Below, in pieces: positions 1 to 11,339 of a stretch of 64,000 bases of DNA; position 1 is the stretch's first letter, and every line of letters starts with the position of its first letter. The position numbers were made by a program, and so were the translations under genes. The notes below the pieces were generated by a model. It did not search any database and had not been told where the DNA came from. It worked only from the letters and a program-made list of their open reading frames with translations. The DNA is taken from the NCBI GenBank assembly GCA_038087875.1, contig CM075993.1:5520001-5584000 (forward strand). The letters run 5' to 3'. This DNA is from Malacoraja senta. Lineage: Eukaryota.

Positions 1-548
1 GAAGGAGAAGTTAGTGGGGGAGTAAGTTTGGGGGACTGGGAGGGGCCACAGTGCTGAACATAAACGACAGCACTAACTAGATGTTTAAGGAAGAACTGCA
101 GATGCTGGAAAAATCGAAGGTAGACAAAAATGCTGGAGAAACTCAGCGGGTGAGGCAGCATCTATGGAGCGAAGGAATGGGTGACGTTTCGGGTCGAGAC
201 CCTTCAGACTGATGTGGGGGTGGGGGGGGTCGGGAAGAAAAGAGGCGGAGAGTGAGCACAGAGGGGGGGGCAGTGAGAGAGGAGGTTGTAAAACTGTCTT
301 CGGAGAGAGGAGGAAAACCTCTGCAAAGTAGGCATACCTTGAGGAGATTTCGACCCTGGACATATCGGACGTTTGCGGTAGAGAGTTCCCCACCTCTCCC
401 ACCCTCCGGCCCCTGAATTTTGCTCCTGAAAAGTCTTAGTGCATCAGGGCAACTTTGCATTTTGTGTGGTTCAACTTTAAAGTTAGCCCTATTCCAGTCA
501 ACTGGGGTTCCAGCCCGTTGTCAAACTTGTGCAAGATTGAAACGTTAC

Positions 549-673
549 CTGTAGGTGGCAAGCTCGAGATTCAGCCCCATCTTCACCTGCATCAACTTCT
601 GCTGCTCCCTGAGATTCAGGGCAATGGCTGATGCAAGATGTTGCTTCTCATCCTCCAGTACAGCAACTTGGCT
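549..673 (-). CDS. Internal exon of a type IV/VI intermediate filament gene (nestin/synemin-like), end of coil 2B
   Basis: tgtacAG acceptor and GTAACG donor bracket 125 nt reading SQVAVLEDEKQHLASAIALNLREQQKLMQVKMGLNLELATY(R), which matches the IF rod-end signature (..K.GL.LE.ATYR); phase 0 to phase 2. Confidence 0.85.
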
Positions 674-886
674 CTGTACACAACAACCGAGGCAAAGTTA
701 GTCAAACAGTTCCCTGTGTAGACTGTCACAGGTCATAATTCCCCATCTACTCCAGCACCAGAGGCGGATGACAAGATAATAAGACCTCGGAATGTATTTC
801 CAGCAAAGATGGATGCCTATAAGGAAATGTGAGCAGAACTAGGCCATTCAGCCCCTCGAGCCTGCTTTGTCAATATGGTCCATATT

Positions 887-1240
887 TCAAGATTGTTAAG
901 GGCTTGGACACGCTAGAGGCAGGAAACATGTTCCTGATGTTGCGGGAGTCCAGAACCAGTGGCCACAGTTTAAGAATAAGGAGTAAGCCATTTAGAACGG
1001 AGACGAGGAAACACTTTTTCTCACAGAGAGTGGTGAGTCTGTGGATTTCTCTGCCTCAGAGGGCGGTGGAGGCAGGTTCTCTGCATGCTTTCAAGAGGGA
1101 GCTAGATAGCTCTTAATAATAGCAGAGTCAGGGGAGAAGGCAGGAACGGGGTACTGATTGGGTATGATCAGCCATGATCACATTGAATGGCGGTGCTGGC
1201 ACGAAGGGCCAAATGGCCTGCTCCTGCACCTATTGTCTAT
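887..1240 (+). mobile_element. CR1-type LINE 3' fragment
   Basis: RT C-terminal peptide ..SRTSGHSLRIRSKPFRTETRKHFFSQRVVSLW.. plus 3' UTR shared with other copies in the window. Confidence 0.85.
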
Positions 1241-2292
1241 TTCCTCAAGGCTCTCCCTTCCCTCTCAATCCCCTTACTGATTGAACATCAATGTATCCCT
1301 TTGCCATCTCCTCCTCCCCAGCCAACAATGGACCATTGTGGGCTCCACCCTACCTTGGTCATCTGTTGCCGGCCCTGCTTTGTTCTGGCCTTTTCTTACC
1401 TCCAGTTCCCTCCACTCTACTTTCAGTCTGAAGAAGGGTCCCGACCCGAAACGTCACCCATCCTTTTTCCGCAGAGATGCTGCCTGACCCGCTGAGTTAC
1501 TCCAGCATTTTGTGTCTATCTTCAATTTGTGTCTCTCAGCTTTGATCATTTCGATCTTGTTGTCGGCTGGTGTACCATCCACTGATCTGCCTACCTGTCC
1601 TGCCCTGGTTATATCAGGGGTCCCCTTCTTCAGAACAGTCCATTACCCAAACAGACCAGCAGTCAGTAAATGCAACGCCCAACAATATATTTGAATGAAA
1701 ACATATATGCTAACCAAAAGAAAAACCTGTAGTTAAAACAGGGCATTCAACTCAACCATTCAGTAATTGCTGCCAACCACATTTCCACGCACGGCCAGCA
1801 AATCCACGTCTCCCAAATGATTGTCCGTATATAGGAGCTGTATATACGGATGTTCGTAACCTGGGAAGGATGTGTGCTTGAGAGGTCAGTGTCAAAATCC
1901 AACGGGTGGCGCTGTGATGGCAGCCTCGCCGACAGTCTGTCTGTCCTTTTCGTCTTTTTAAACATTTTTTTTAGTGTGTTTAAAAAGTTTGTGTGATCTG
2001 GTTTGTTTTATGTGCGGGGTGGGGGTGGGGGGGAGGGGGTCAGGGGAAACCTTTTTTTCCCCAATCTCTTACCTTGCCGGAGTTGCGGTTGTTTTCCGGG
2101 TCAGAACTCCGGTCGCTCTGCGGCCTAACATCGTGGAGCTGGCGGCCTTGCTCGGGACTGATTCTGAGCCCCACCGCGGAGGGGGGGGGGCGTGGACTCA
2201 ACGTCGGAGCCCATCCCTTGCCTGGGATCGATGCTAACTTTACGTCAGGAGCTCGCAGTCTCGGGTAAGAGACAGATGTCGGGAGCTCCAAC

Positions 2293-2492
2293 NNNNNNNN
2301 NNNNNNNNNNNNNNNNNNNNNNNNNNNNNNNNNNNNNNNNNNNNNNNNNNNNNNNNNNNNNNNNNNNNNNNNNNNNNNNNNNNNNNNNNNNNNNNNNNNN
2401 NNNNNNNNNNNNNNNNNNNNNNNNNNNNNNNNNNNNNNNNNNNNNNNNNNNNNNNNNNNNNNNNNNNNNNNNNNNNNNNNNNNNNNNNNNNN
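2293..2492. other. Assembly gap (200 N)
   Basis: Run of exactly 200 N. Confidence 1.
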
Positions 2493-2539
2493 TGTGCTAC
2501 AATGCTGAGACCTATATTCACCGCTCTGTAGGGGCGGCA

Positions 2540-2820
2540 GGGTGGCCCAGCGGTAGAGTCGCTGCCCTACAGTACCAGAGGCCACGGGTTCGATCCCGAC
2601 TACGGGTGCTGTCTGTACGGAGTTTGTACGTTCTCCTGCGTGGGCTTTCTCCGGGTTTGCTCCGGTTTCCTCCGCGCTCCAAAGGCGTGCAGGTCTGTCG
2701 GCTAATTGGCTTGGGACGTGAAGATGTGTAAAGTGTCCCTGCTGTGTCGTACAGTGTCGGCATGCGAGCACCGCTGGTGGGCCGAAGGGCCTGTTTCCGC
2801 GCTGTTTCGCTGACGTCTAA
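2540..2820 (+). mobile_element. HE1-like tRNA-derived V-SINE (representative; other copies about 10815-11055+, 13385-13678-, 16515-16780-, 26255-26515-, 29757-29975+, 41190-41472-, 44546-44825+, 45895-46062-, 49708-49972+, 52846-53115-, 54540-54833+, 60880-61181+, 62984-63270+)
   Basis: A box GGTGGCCCAGCGGTAGAG, B box GGTTCGATCC, V-domain-like GTGGG..CTCCGGTTTCCTCC and tail GGGCCGAAGGGCCTGTTTCC shared with the CR1 3' ends. Confidence 0.85.
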
Positions 2821-3057
2821 GGTGTATCTTCCCCTTTGCTCCACCTACTGTACATGAGTTTGGATTGATGGTACAGGCCCGCCACCGGTTTCCGACCCCC
2901 TTGGTTCCCGAGCCTTGCTGTATGATCCGTTGTGGCCGGGACCCAAGAGAGGTCACGACCTCTGGGAGGAGTACAAAGGTACTGGAAGTCAGCTATGGGA
3001 TCGGATCTCTCTACCTCCATTGACGACTGTTTGTGATCTCCCCAGCAGCAGGGCAAC

Positions 3058-3432
3058 AGACAATAGGTGCAGGAGTAGGCCATTTCGGCCCTTCGAGCCA
3101 GCACCGCCATTCAATGTGATCATGGCTGATCATCCCCAATCAGTACCCCGTTCCTGCCTTCTCCCCATATCCCCTGACTCCACTATCTTTAAGAGCCCTA
3201 TCTAGCTCTCTCTTGAAAGTATCCAGAGAACCCCGCCTCCACCGGCCTCTGAGGCAGAGAATTCCACAGACTCACCACTCTCTGTGAGAAAAAGTGTTTC
3301 CTTGTCTCCGTTCTAAATGGCTTACCCCTTATTCTTAAACTGTGTGGCCCCTGGTTCTGGACTCCCCCCAACATCGGGAACATGTTTCCTGCCTCTAGCG
3401 TGTCCAAACCCTTAACAATCTTATATGTTTCA
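3058..3432 (-). mobile_element. CR1-type LINE 3' fragment
   Basis: Same RT C-terminus and 3' UTR as 887-1240, reversed. Confidence 0.85.
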
Positions 3433-3565
3433 ATAATAATTTAAGTTTTAGTACCAACAATATTTTGGTGACTTTGTATTTGGTGGTGGGTGTGTTGGTA
3501 TTCGTTTTGTGAATATTAGTGTTGCAAAAAAAAAAAAATAATAATAATAACAGCGGGTCTTGCAG

Positions 3566-3790
3566 CCTCCCCAGCTCGGAGGGGGAGTCCGAGGAGGTTT
3601 GCGAAGAGAGGCTGAATTGGCAGCAGCACCAGCGGGCAAAGCAACACTCCCAGCGGCGATTCCCGGTGAGCCAGTCTCCACCAGAGGAGGATGAGGACGA
3701 GGAGGTCAGCGAGACCCCAGAGGAATCCATGCCCGACCCCGGCACCAGACAAGGCTTCGACCAAGGAGCCCAGAGGAGAGCGAGGAGGAG
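3566..3790 (+). CDS. TP53BP1: Probable TP53BP1 exon (acidic disordered region); one internal frameshift
   Basis: gtcttgcAG acceptor and GTGATA donor; reads LPSSEGESEE..SQSPPEEDEDEEVSETPEE.. then RPRSPEESEEE in another frame; position upstream of the clear TP53BP1 exons. Confidence 0.55.
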
Positions 3791-3879
3791 GTGATAGGCC
3801 AGCACATAATTGCCCCCTCTCTCCTCTGCCCTCTGCCCCCCCCCCCTCCATCCCCGGGATCCCCGCCACCAGCCGCATC

Positions 3880-4400
3880 TGCCCATCTCCACCCCTTTCC
3901 ACCGAGACCGTTCCCTCCGCAATATCCCCTGGTCAACTCGTCCCTTCCCACCCAAACCCCAGGTCCTTTCCCCTGCAACCGCAGGAGATGCAACACCTGT
4001 CCCTTACCTCCCCCCCCCCCCCCCCCCACCCACTCCTCGACTCCGTTCACGGACCCCCGACAGCCCTTTCAGGTGAGGCAGAGGTTCACTTGCGCCTCCT
4101 CCGACCTCGTCTACTGTATCTGCTGCTCCAGGTGTCGACTCCTGTACATCGGCGGGACAACGCAGGCTCGGCTACCGTTTCGCTGAACGCCTCCGCTCAG
4201 CCCGCCATAAACCTACCTGATCTCCCGGTTGCCAAACACTTTAACTCCTCTTTCCCATTCCCACACTGACCTTTCTGTCCTGGGGCCTCCTCCATTGTCA
4301 GAGTGAGGCCCAGCGCAAATTGGAGGAACAGCACCTCGTATTTCACTTGGGCAGCTTACACTCCAGCGGTATGAACATTGGCTTCTCTACTTTGAGTAGC
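3880..4400 (+). mobile_element. Penelope-like element fragment (GIY-YIG endonuclease end)
   Basis: FQVRQRFTCASSDLVYCICCSRCRLLYIG peptide; similar copies at 4555-5050+, 8030-8580+, 17450-17800-, 38370-38730+, 43270-43662+. Confidence 0.85.
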
Positions 4401-4554
4401 CCTTGCTTTCCCTCCCTCTCCATCCCCTCCCCCATCCTAGTTCTCCGACCAGTTCCACTATCCTCCTGATTAATGATTAGTCTGACCGCCTCGTTGTCAC
4501 CCTCCCCTCAGATAACAATGAACCATTCTATATTTACTGATCATCACCTGCTTT

Positions 4555-5050
4555 GATCTATTGCATCCGCTGCTCTAGATGTCAGCTGATCTACATCGGT
4601 GAGACCAAGCGGAGGCTTGGCGATCGTTTCGCGAACACCTCCGGTCGGTCCGCAATAACCAACCTGAACTCCCGGTGGCTCAGCACTTCAACTCCCCCTC
4701 CCATTCCGTATCTGACCTCTCTGTCCTGGGTCTCCTCCATGGCCCACAGCGAGCAACACCGGAAATTGGAGGAAATGCACCTCATATTCCGCTTGGGCAG
4801 TCTACATCCTGGTGGCCTGAACGTTGAATTCTCCCAATTCTGCTAGCCCTTGCTGTCCCCTCCCCTTCATCAGCCATCTGGTTGTCTCCTCCCCTCCCCC
4901 AGCTCTCGGGCTCCTCCTCCGCCTTTTTTCCTTTCTTCTCCCCACCCCCCTATCAGTCTGAAGAAGGGTTTCGGCCCGAAACGTTACCTATTTCCTTCGC
5001 TCCATAGATGCTGCTGCACCCGCTAAGTTTCTCCAGCATTTTTGTGTACC
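4555..5050 (+). mobile_element. Penelope-like element 3' fragment with terminal hammerhead-like motif
   Basis: IYCIRCSRCQLIYIGETKRRLGDRF..HLIFRLGSLHPGGLNVEFS; followed by CTGAAGAAGGGTTTCGGCCCGAAACGTT at 4958-4985. Confidence 0.85.
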
Positions 5051-5120
5051 TGCTTTGATCTGTCTGTTTCACAACTACCCCTTCCATATCTCTATCGTTG
5101 CTCTCCCCCCCCGACTCGGT

Positions 5121-5148
5121 CTGAAGAAGGGTCTCGACCCGAAACGTC
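5121..5148 (+). ncRNA. Minimal hammerhead ribozyme-like motif (Penelope-associated)
   Basis: ggt-CTGAAGA-A-GGGT(CTCG)ACCC-GAAAC-GTC-acc: catalytic core, stem II, minimal stem III, GUC triplet, 3-bp stem I. Confidence 0.6.
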
Positions 5149-5220
5149 ACCATTCCTTCTCCCCCCGGAGACGCTGCCCGTCCCGCTGAGTTCTACTCCA
5201 GCATTTTGTGTCTTGTCCAG

Positions 5221-5581
5221 GAGTTGATGGAGCTGGATCTGTGCAGCCAGGACCGACCAGCCGGCAGAGGGAAGGGAGCGGGGTCTCCGGAGAGCCGCCC
5301 CGGACCGCCGGAGCAGATGGTCTCGGCCGAGGGCGTGAACCCGGCGGACAGGGACGGGCGGCGCTGGGGGCCCGCGGTCCCTCCGCTCGTACACACGGGC
5401 ACCCAGACCGGCGGTATCGGCGGCAGCTCGGCCCGGCCGGGCGGCACCGACCTCCTGTCCCGGCGACGCGGTGGTCCAGACCGAGGACGCTCACAGGCAA
5501 GCCCCAGAGCGCTCCAGGAGCACGTCCTACCACGCGGGCCGGGGGCCGGGGGATCGGAACACGGAGTCGCTGCACAGTCAG
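5221..5581 (+). CDS. TP53BP1: TP53BP1 exon with LC8/DYNLL1-binding motifs; one frameshift
   Basis: ttgtccAG/GTATTG; contains VHTGTQT and DAVVQTE and ends TESLHSQ, like human DATVQTE..TESLHSQ; length 361 nt (3n+1). Confidence 0.85.
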
Positions 5582-6177
5582 GTATTGGGGACCACGCCGT
5601 ACCCCCCCCCCCCCCCCCGCCGATAGATAGCGACCATCAAGGGTAAACGGGGACCAAGTTACCTCATAACGACGGAGGGGGCCACACACCGAGTCCCTGC
5701 AGTGTCGTTCAGTTTTAGTTCGGAGATACGGCGCGGAAACAGGCCCTTCGTCCCACCACGTCCGCCCCAACCAGCAATCAGCCCGTACACTAACGCTATC
5801 CTACACACACTAGGGACATAGAAACATAGAAAATAGGTGCAGGAGGAGGCCATTTGGCCCTTCAAGCCGGCACTGCCATTCATTGTGATCATGGCTGATC
5901 ATCCACAAGTCAATGGGTGTTCTTCAAGCAGAGATGGACAGGTCTTGATTAGTCAGGGGTTAGTGGGAGAATGGGGTCAGAGAGGGTGAGATAGATCAGC
6001 CATGATTGAATGGCAGAGTAGACTTGACGGGCCGAATGGCCTCATTCTGCACCAATGACCTGTGACTTGGTGTCTTCTGTTGCCCACTGGCTGATGGCTT
6101 CATTAAGATCTTCGCTCTTCTCTCTTCCCACCACCGCTCGTCCCATTGCTTCTCCCCCCCCCAATCCTGTGGTGAAG

Positions 6178-6330
6178 GGGGAGGAGAGGACGGAGCTGCC
6201 GCCCCCTGCCCGGGGGCGGCACCTTCACCGGCGGGTGCGGACCATCAGGGAGGTGAGGACCGTGGTGACTCGGCTCATCACCGACGTCTTCTATGTGGAC
6301 GGCAAGGAGGTGGAGCGCAAGGTGTCTGAG
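6178..6330 (+). CDS. TP53BP1: TP53BP1 exon, oligomerisation domain
   Basis: GEERTELPPPARGRHLHRRVRTIREVRTVVTRLITDVFYVDGKEVERKVSE, AG/GT bounded, 153 nt. Confidence 0.97.
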
Positions 6331-6499
6331 GTGAGGGGGGGGGGGGGGATGTGGAGGAGGGGGGGTGAGGGCGGACGGTGCTGGGACCTGGGGTGGGGGT
6401 GGGGGTTGGGAGAGTGGGCTATGGTGCGGTGTGGTTGGGTTGGGTGTTGGAGGGTGTGAGAGTGCCCTCCAGCGCCAATGTGTACACGTAACTGACCCA

Positions 6500-6729
6500 C
6501 TGTGTGTGTGTGTGTGTGCGCGCCTGTGTGTGTGTGTGTAACTATGCGTGTGTGTGTGTGTAACTGTGTGCGCATGTGAATGTGTGTGCCTGTGTCTGTG
6601 TGTGCGCGTGTGTGTAACTATGTGTGTGTATGTGCCTGTGTGAATGTGTGTGTGTGTGTGTAACTGTGTGTAACTATATGTGTGTGTGTATGTGTGTGTG
6701 TAACTATGTGTGTGTGTGTGTGTGTGTAA

Positions 6730-6769
<40 letters not shown>

Positions 6770-7355
6770 CTGTGTGTGTGTGTGTGTGTAACTGTGTGTG
6801 TGTGTGTGTGTAACTGTGTGTGTGTGTGTGTGTGTGTAACTGTGTGTGTGTGTGTGTGTGTGTAACTGTGTGTGTGTGTGTGTAACTGTGTGTGTGTGTG
6901 TGTGTAACTGTGTGTGTGTGTGTGTGTAACTGTGTGTGTGTGTGTGTGTAACTGTGTGTGTGTGTGTGTGTAACTGTGTGTGTGTGTAGTGTGTGTGTGT
7001 AACTGTGTGTGTGTGTGTAACTGTGTGTGTGTGTGTGTAACTGTGTGTGTGTGTGTGTAACTGTGTGTGTGTGTGTGTGTAACTGTGTGTGTGTGTGTGT
7101 GTAACTGTGTGTGTGTGTGTGTGTAACTGTGTGTGTGTGTGTGTGTAACTTGTGTGTGTGTGTGTGTGTGTGTGTGTAACTGTGTGTGTGTGTGTGTGTG
7201 TGTAACTGTGTGTGTGTGTGTAACTGTGTGTGTGTGTGTGTAACTGTGTGTGTGTGTGTGTAACTGTGTGTGTGTGTGTGTAACTATGTGTGTGTGTAAC
7301 TATGTGTGTGTGTAACTGTGTGTGTGTAACTGTGTGTGTGTGTGTGTGTGTGTGT

Positions 7356-7393
<38 letters not shown>

Positions 7394-7565
7394 CGGTGTC
7401 TGTGTGTGTAACTGTGTGTGTGTGTGTGTGTGTAACTGTGTGTGTGTGTGTGTAACTGTGTCTGTGTGTGTACTGTGTGTGTGTGTGTGTGTGTGTACTG
7501 TGTGTGTGTGTGTAACTGTGTGTGTGTGTGTGTGTGTGTAACTGTGTGTGTGTGTGTGTGTGTTC
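6500..7565 (+). repeat. Compound microsatellite [TAAC(TG)n] array
   Basis: About 1 kb of TG runs punctuated by TAAC. Confidence 0.98.
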
Positions 7566-7569
7566 ACAG

Positions 7570-7882
7570 GAGCATGAGGACCAGTGCGTGAGGCGCAGGG
7601 AGTTTGAGGGTGAGGTGTCTCCGTCGCGAGCTGCCGGTTCCCTGTCGTCGGGAGACCTAGCGGACGTCAGCTCGATGTCGTCCAAGGCCTGCAGCCTGCT
7701 GCGTGTCTCCAGCAGCCTGTCCTCACTGGCCCACAGCAGCGGCAGCGGCAGCAGCAGCAACGCCGGGGCAACCGTGCAGCAGGAGCGCAGCCGGGGCACT
7801 GGCGCAGCGAGGGGCAGGAACGGCGGCCCCGACCCACGAGAGTTCGCCATGCCGTGGGCAGAGGCTCGCAGAGCAAACTCAG
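7570..7882 (+). CDS. TP53BP1: TP53BP1 exon; probable 1-nt deletion near the 3' end
   Basis: EVSPSRAAGSLSSGDLADVSSMSSKACSLLRVSSSLSSLAHSSGS..REFAMP; the shifted frame ends GRGSQSKL(S), like human RGGPGKLS. Confidence 0.93.
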
Positions 7883-8877
7883 GTGGGGCCCACATGTCGA
7901 CCACCCCGCCCCCTTTAATTTGACACCATTGCCCCTTTAATTTGGTCGCTTGCGGCCCCTTTAATTGAAGTGCTGATGGAACAGGGCCTCTTGGTTCACC
8001 CCTCCCGACCCCCCCACCCCCCCCCCCTCACCGTTTAACCATTCCACCGCTCCCTTTCCCACCCAAACCACCCCCTCCCCAAGTACTTTTCCCTGCGCCC
8101 GCAGAAGATGCAACACCTGTCCCTGTACCCCATCCCTCCCGGGACCCCGACCGTCCTTTCAGGCGCGGCAGAGGTTCACCTGCACCTCCTCCGACCTCGT
8201 CCACTGTCTCCGGTGTGGACTGCCGTACATCGGCGAGACCAGCAGCGCAGGCTCGGCGATCGTTGCGCTGAACGCCTCCGCTCAGTCCGCCTGAGCCTAC
8301 TGATCTCCCGGTTGCCAAACACTTAACTCCCCCCCCCCCTCCACCCCCATTCCCAGCACTGACCCTTTCTGTCCTGGGGCCTCCTCCATTGTCAGAGTGA
8401 GGCCCAGCGCAAATTGGAGGAACAACACCTCGTATTTCGCTTGGGCAGTTTACAAGGGTTTCGGCCCGAAACGTTACCTATTTCCTTCGCTCCATAGATG
8501 CTGCTGCACCCGCTGAGTTTCTCCATCACTTTTGTGTACCAGTGGTATCAACATTGACTTCTCTAACTTCAAGTAGCCCTTGCTTTCCCTCTCTCTCATC
8601 CCTTGTTCTCCAACTAGATCCACTGCCTTGATTAAATATTCCTGATTGTATACCTCGTTGTCACCTCCCCCTCAGCTAACCATGAACCAATTCTGCAGTT
8701 CCTTCATCATCGTCTGCTTGATCTGTCCTTTTCACACCTATCCCCACGCTTCTCCCTCTCTGTCTCCCCCTTCCCCCGGTGCCCCTCCCCCTCTGTTTGT
8801 GCTTCCATATCTCTCATTCCCCTCTCCCCTGACTCTCAGTCTGAAGAAGGGTCTCGACCGAAACGTCACCCATTCAA

Positions 8878-9328
8878 TAGACAATAGGTGCAGGAGTAGG
8901 CCATTTGGCCCTTCGAGCCAGCCGTCATCCATCAATCTCAGTACCCCGTTCCTGCCTTCTCCCCATATCCCCTGACTCCGCTATCTTTAAGAGCCCTATC
9001 TAGCTCTCTCTTGAAAGCAATCCAGAGAACCTGCCTCCACCGCCCTCTGAGGCAGAGAATTCCACAGACTCACCACTCTCTGTGAGAAAAAGTGTTTCCC
9101 TCGTCTCCGTGTCTAAATGGCTTACTCCTTATTCTTAAACTGTGGCCCCTGGTTCTGGACTCCCCCAACATCGGGAACATGTTTCCTGCCTCTAGCGTGT
9201 CCAAGCCCTTAACAATCTTACATGTTTCAATGAGATTCCCTCTCATCCTTCTAAACTCAGAGTGTACAAGCCCAGCTGCTCCATTCTCTCAGCATACGAC
9301 AGTCCCGCCATCCCGGCAATTAACCTCG
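8878..9328 (-). mobile_element. CR1-type LINE 3' fragment
   Basis: Matches the other CR1 copies. Confidence 0.85.
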
Positions 9329-9458
9329 TAATTCCTTTTGAGCTGAGTTGCGCTGAGTTACTCCAGCATTTTGTGTGTGTCTCGACGTCCATAACGCTTC
9401 ATACACTTATCTCAAATGACATCTGCCATTTGGGACAGCACCGTATTATGCAGAATGA

Positions 9459-9652
9459 AGGGCCTGTCCACTTAAGGGACTCTTTAGGCAACTGCCAGGG
9501 ACTAGTTTTAATGGAATTCACCTACGACACTGGCGACAACCTACGACACCTGGCGACAACCTACGACAGCAAAAATTGTCGATGAAGATTTTTCACATGT
9601 TGAACATTTTTGCGGTAGTCGCCCATAAAATCACCTAAGTGGGACAAGGCCT
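9459..9652. mobile_element. Harbinger-like MITE
   Basis: TIRs AGGGCCTGTCCACTTA / TAAGTGGGACAAGGCCT flanked by TGA on both sides; related to 48442-48769. Confidence 0.7.
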
Positions 9653-9887
9653 TGAAGGTCCCTGGACACTGCCCCATCACACACTGCCGGGGCAGAGACA
9701 GCGCGAACTTCATTAATTCTGCAGGTTTTTAGCCCTGTCGTGGCCCTGTGTAACCCTGTCACACGCTGTGGCCTGGAGGTCAGCCACCTTCTCAGGGAGA
9801 GTGTCCGATGTATCACAGACCAACTAGCGGCCGGCAGGTGTAGCTCCCTCACCTGCCGCTGAAGGTGGGTCCGTTCCACCTGCCCTC

Positions 9888-10250
9888 AAGTCAAGTCACT
9901 TTTATTTCTATAGCACATTTAAAAAACAACTCTCGTTGGCCAAAGTGCTTTACATTGGTGGAGATACTAACGTTATACAACAGTGGTTCATAGATTAAGT
10001 ACATACATAAATACATACATATATAGAAACATAGAAAATAGCTGCAGGAGGAGGCATTCAGCCCTTCGAGCCAGCACCGCCATTCATTGTGATCATGGCT
10101 GATCGTCCCAATCAATAACCCCGTGCCTGCCTTCTCCCCCAGAGGACGTCAACAAAGGCTTGAGTGTAAAGATGAGTTTTAAGTCTCGACTTAAAGGAGT
10201 CGATGGAGGGGGCAGTTCTGATGGGAGGAGGGATGCTGTTCCACAGCCTT
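9888..10250 (-). mobile_element. L2-type LINE 3' end interrupted by a CR1 tail
   Basis: LWNSIPPPIRTAPSIDSFKSRLKTHLYTQAF peptide and L2-like tail GTAAAGCACTTTG..GTGCTATAGAAATAAA. Confidence 0.75.
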
Positions 10251-10620
10251 GTCAGTGCGACTTTCAGAAGAGATAGGAGCAGAGTTGGGCCATTCAGCCC
10301 ATCGAGTCTAAACTGCATTCAATCTATGCTGACCCATCCCCTCTCACTCCATTCTCCTGCCTTCTCCCCATAAAGCCTGACACCCCCGACCAATCAAGAA
10401 TCTATTGATCAAAAATATCCACCGACTTGGCCCCCAATGAATCCCACAGATTCACCACCCTCTGAGTGAAGAAATTCCTCCTCATCTCCTTCCGAAAGGA
10501 AGTCCTTTAATTCTGAGGCTGTGCCCTCTGGTCCTAGACTCTCCCACTAGTGGAAACACCCCCCCCCCCGCATCCACTCTATCGGGCCGTTCACCATTTT
10601 GTTTTTGTTGTGTGTTGCAG

Positions 10621-10789
10621 CGTCAGTCCTCGGAGGGTCGGGCCCCACAACTGGTCGCCTTGCAAGCACCCGCTGTCCGGAGTGGCGGAGAGCGAGGAGG
10701 CTTCCCTGAACACCAGGCCGTTGCCAAGAAGCCCAGCTCCCCGGGGCAGGGGCAAGAGGGGCGGCCTCCAATCAGAGCCTCCTCGGGAG
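10621..10789 (+). CDS. TP53BP1: TP53BP1 exon with GAR motif; frameshifted in a G run
   Basis: SPRR..SPAPRGRGKRG/RPPIRASSG versus human SPRK..VTPRGRGRRGRPPSR; tgttgcAG/GTGAGT. Confidence 0.9.
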
Positions 10790-11339
10790 GTGAGTCTTCA
10801 GTTGTCACGGGGCGGCAGCGGTGGAGTCGCTGCTTCAGGGCGCCAGAGAACCAGGTTCGATCCCGACTACGGGTGCTTGTCAGTACCTCCTCCCCCGTGA
10901 CTCCTGAGACCTGCGGTTTCCCTCCCACTCTCCAAAGGACGTACTGGAGGTTAATTGGCTCGGCATGAATGTAAATTGTCCCCAGAGTGTGTAGGATAGT
11001 GTTCGTGCGCGGGGATCGCTGGTCGGCGCGGACGCGGTGGGCCGAAGGGCCTTTACCGACACAAAACGTCACCCATTCCTTCTCTCCAGAGATGCTGCCC
11101 TGTTACTCAGCATTCTGTGTCTATCTTTGGTTTAATCCAGCATCTGCAGTTCCTTCCGACACATCTGCCCCGTCCCATGGAGCTGGAACTGGTTAACGTC
11201 ACCCAGCCTGCCCAGGGTGCTGCTTCTGAGGGGGGGGAGGGTGAGAGGGGGGGGCTGATGTACAGTCAGTGGTCGTGGGGAGGGGGGGGAGAGGGAAGGG
11301 AGAAAAGTTCAGATTCATTCATTCCTTTATTCTTTTTCT

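Noticed and set aside
338..426. Possible next IF exon (cttttcAG..AAG/GTATGC on minus)
   Set aside because: Does not encode the expected LLEGE-type continuation, and the donor lies in Penelope-derived sequence
6704..7567. 287-aa His/Thr-rich ORF
   Set aside because: Translation of a (CA)n microsatellite
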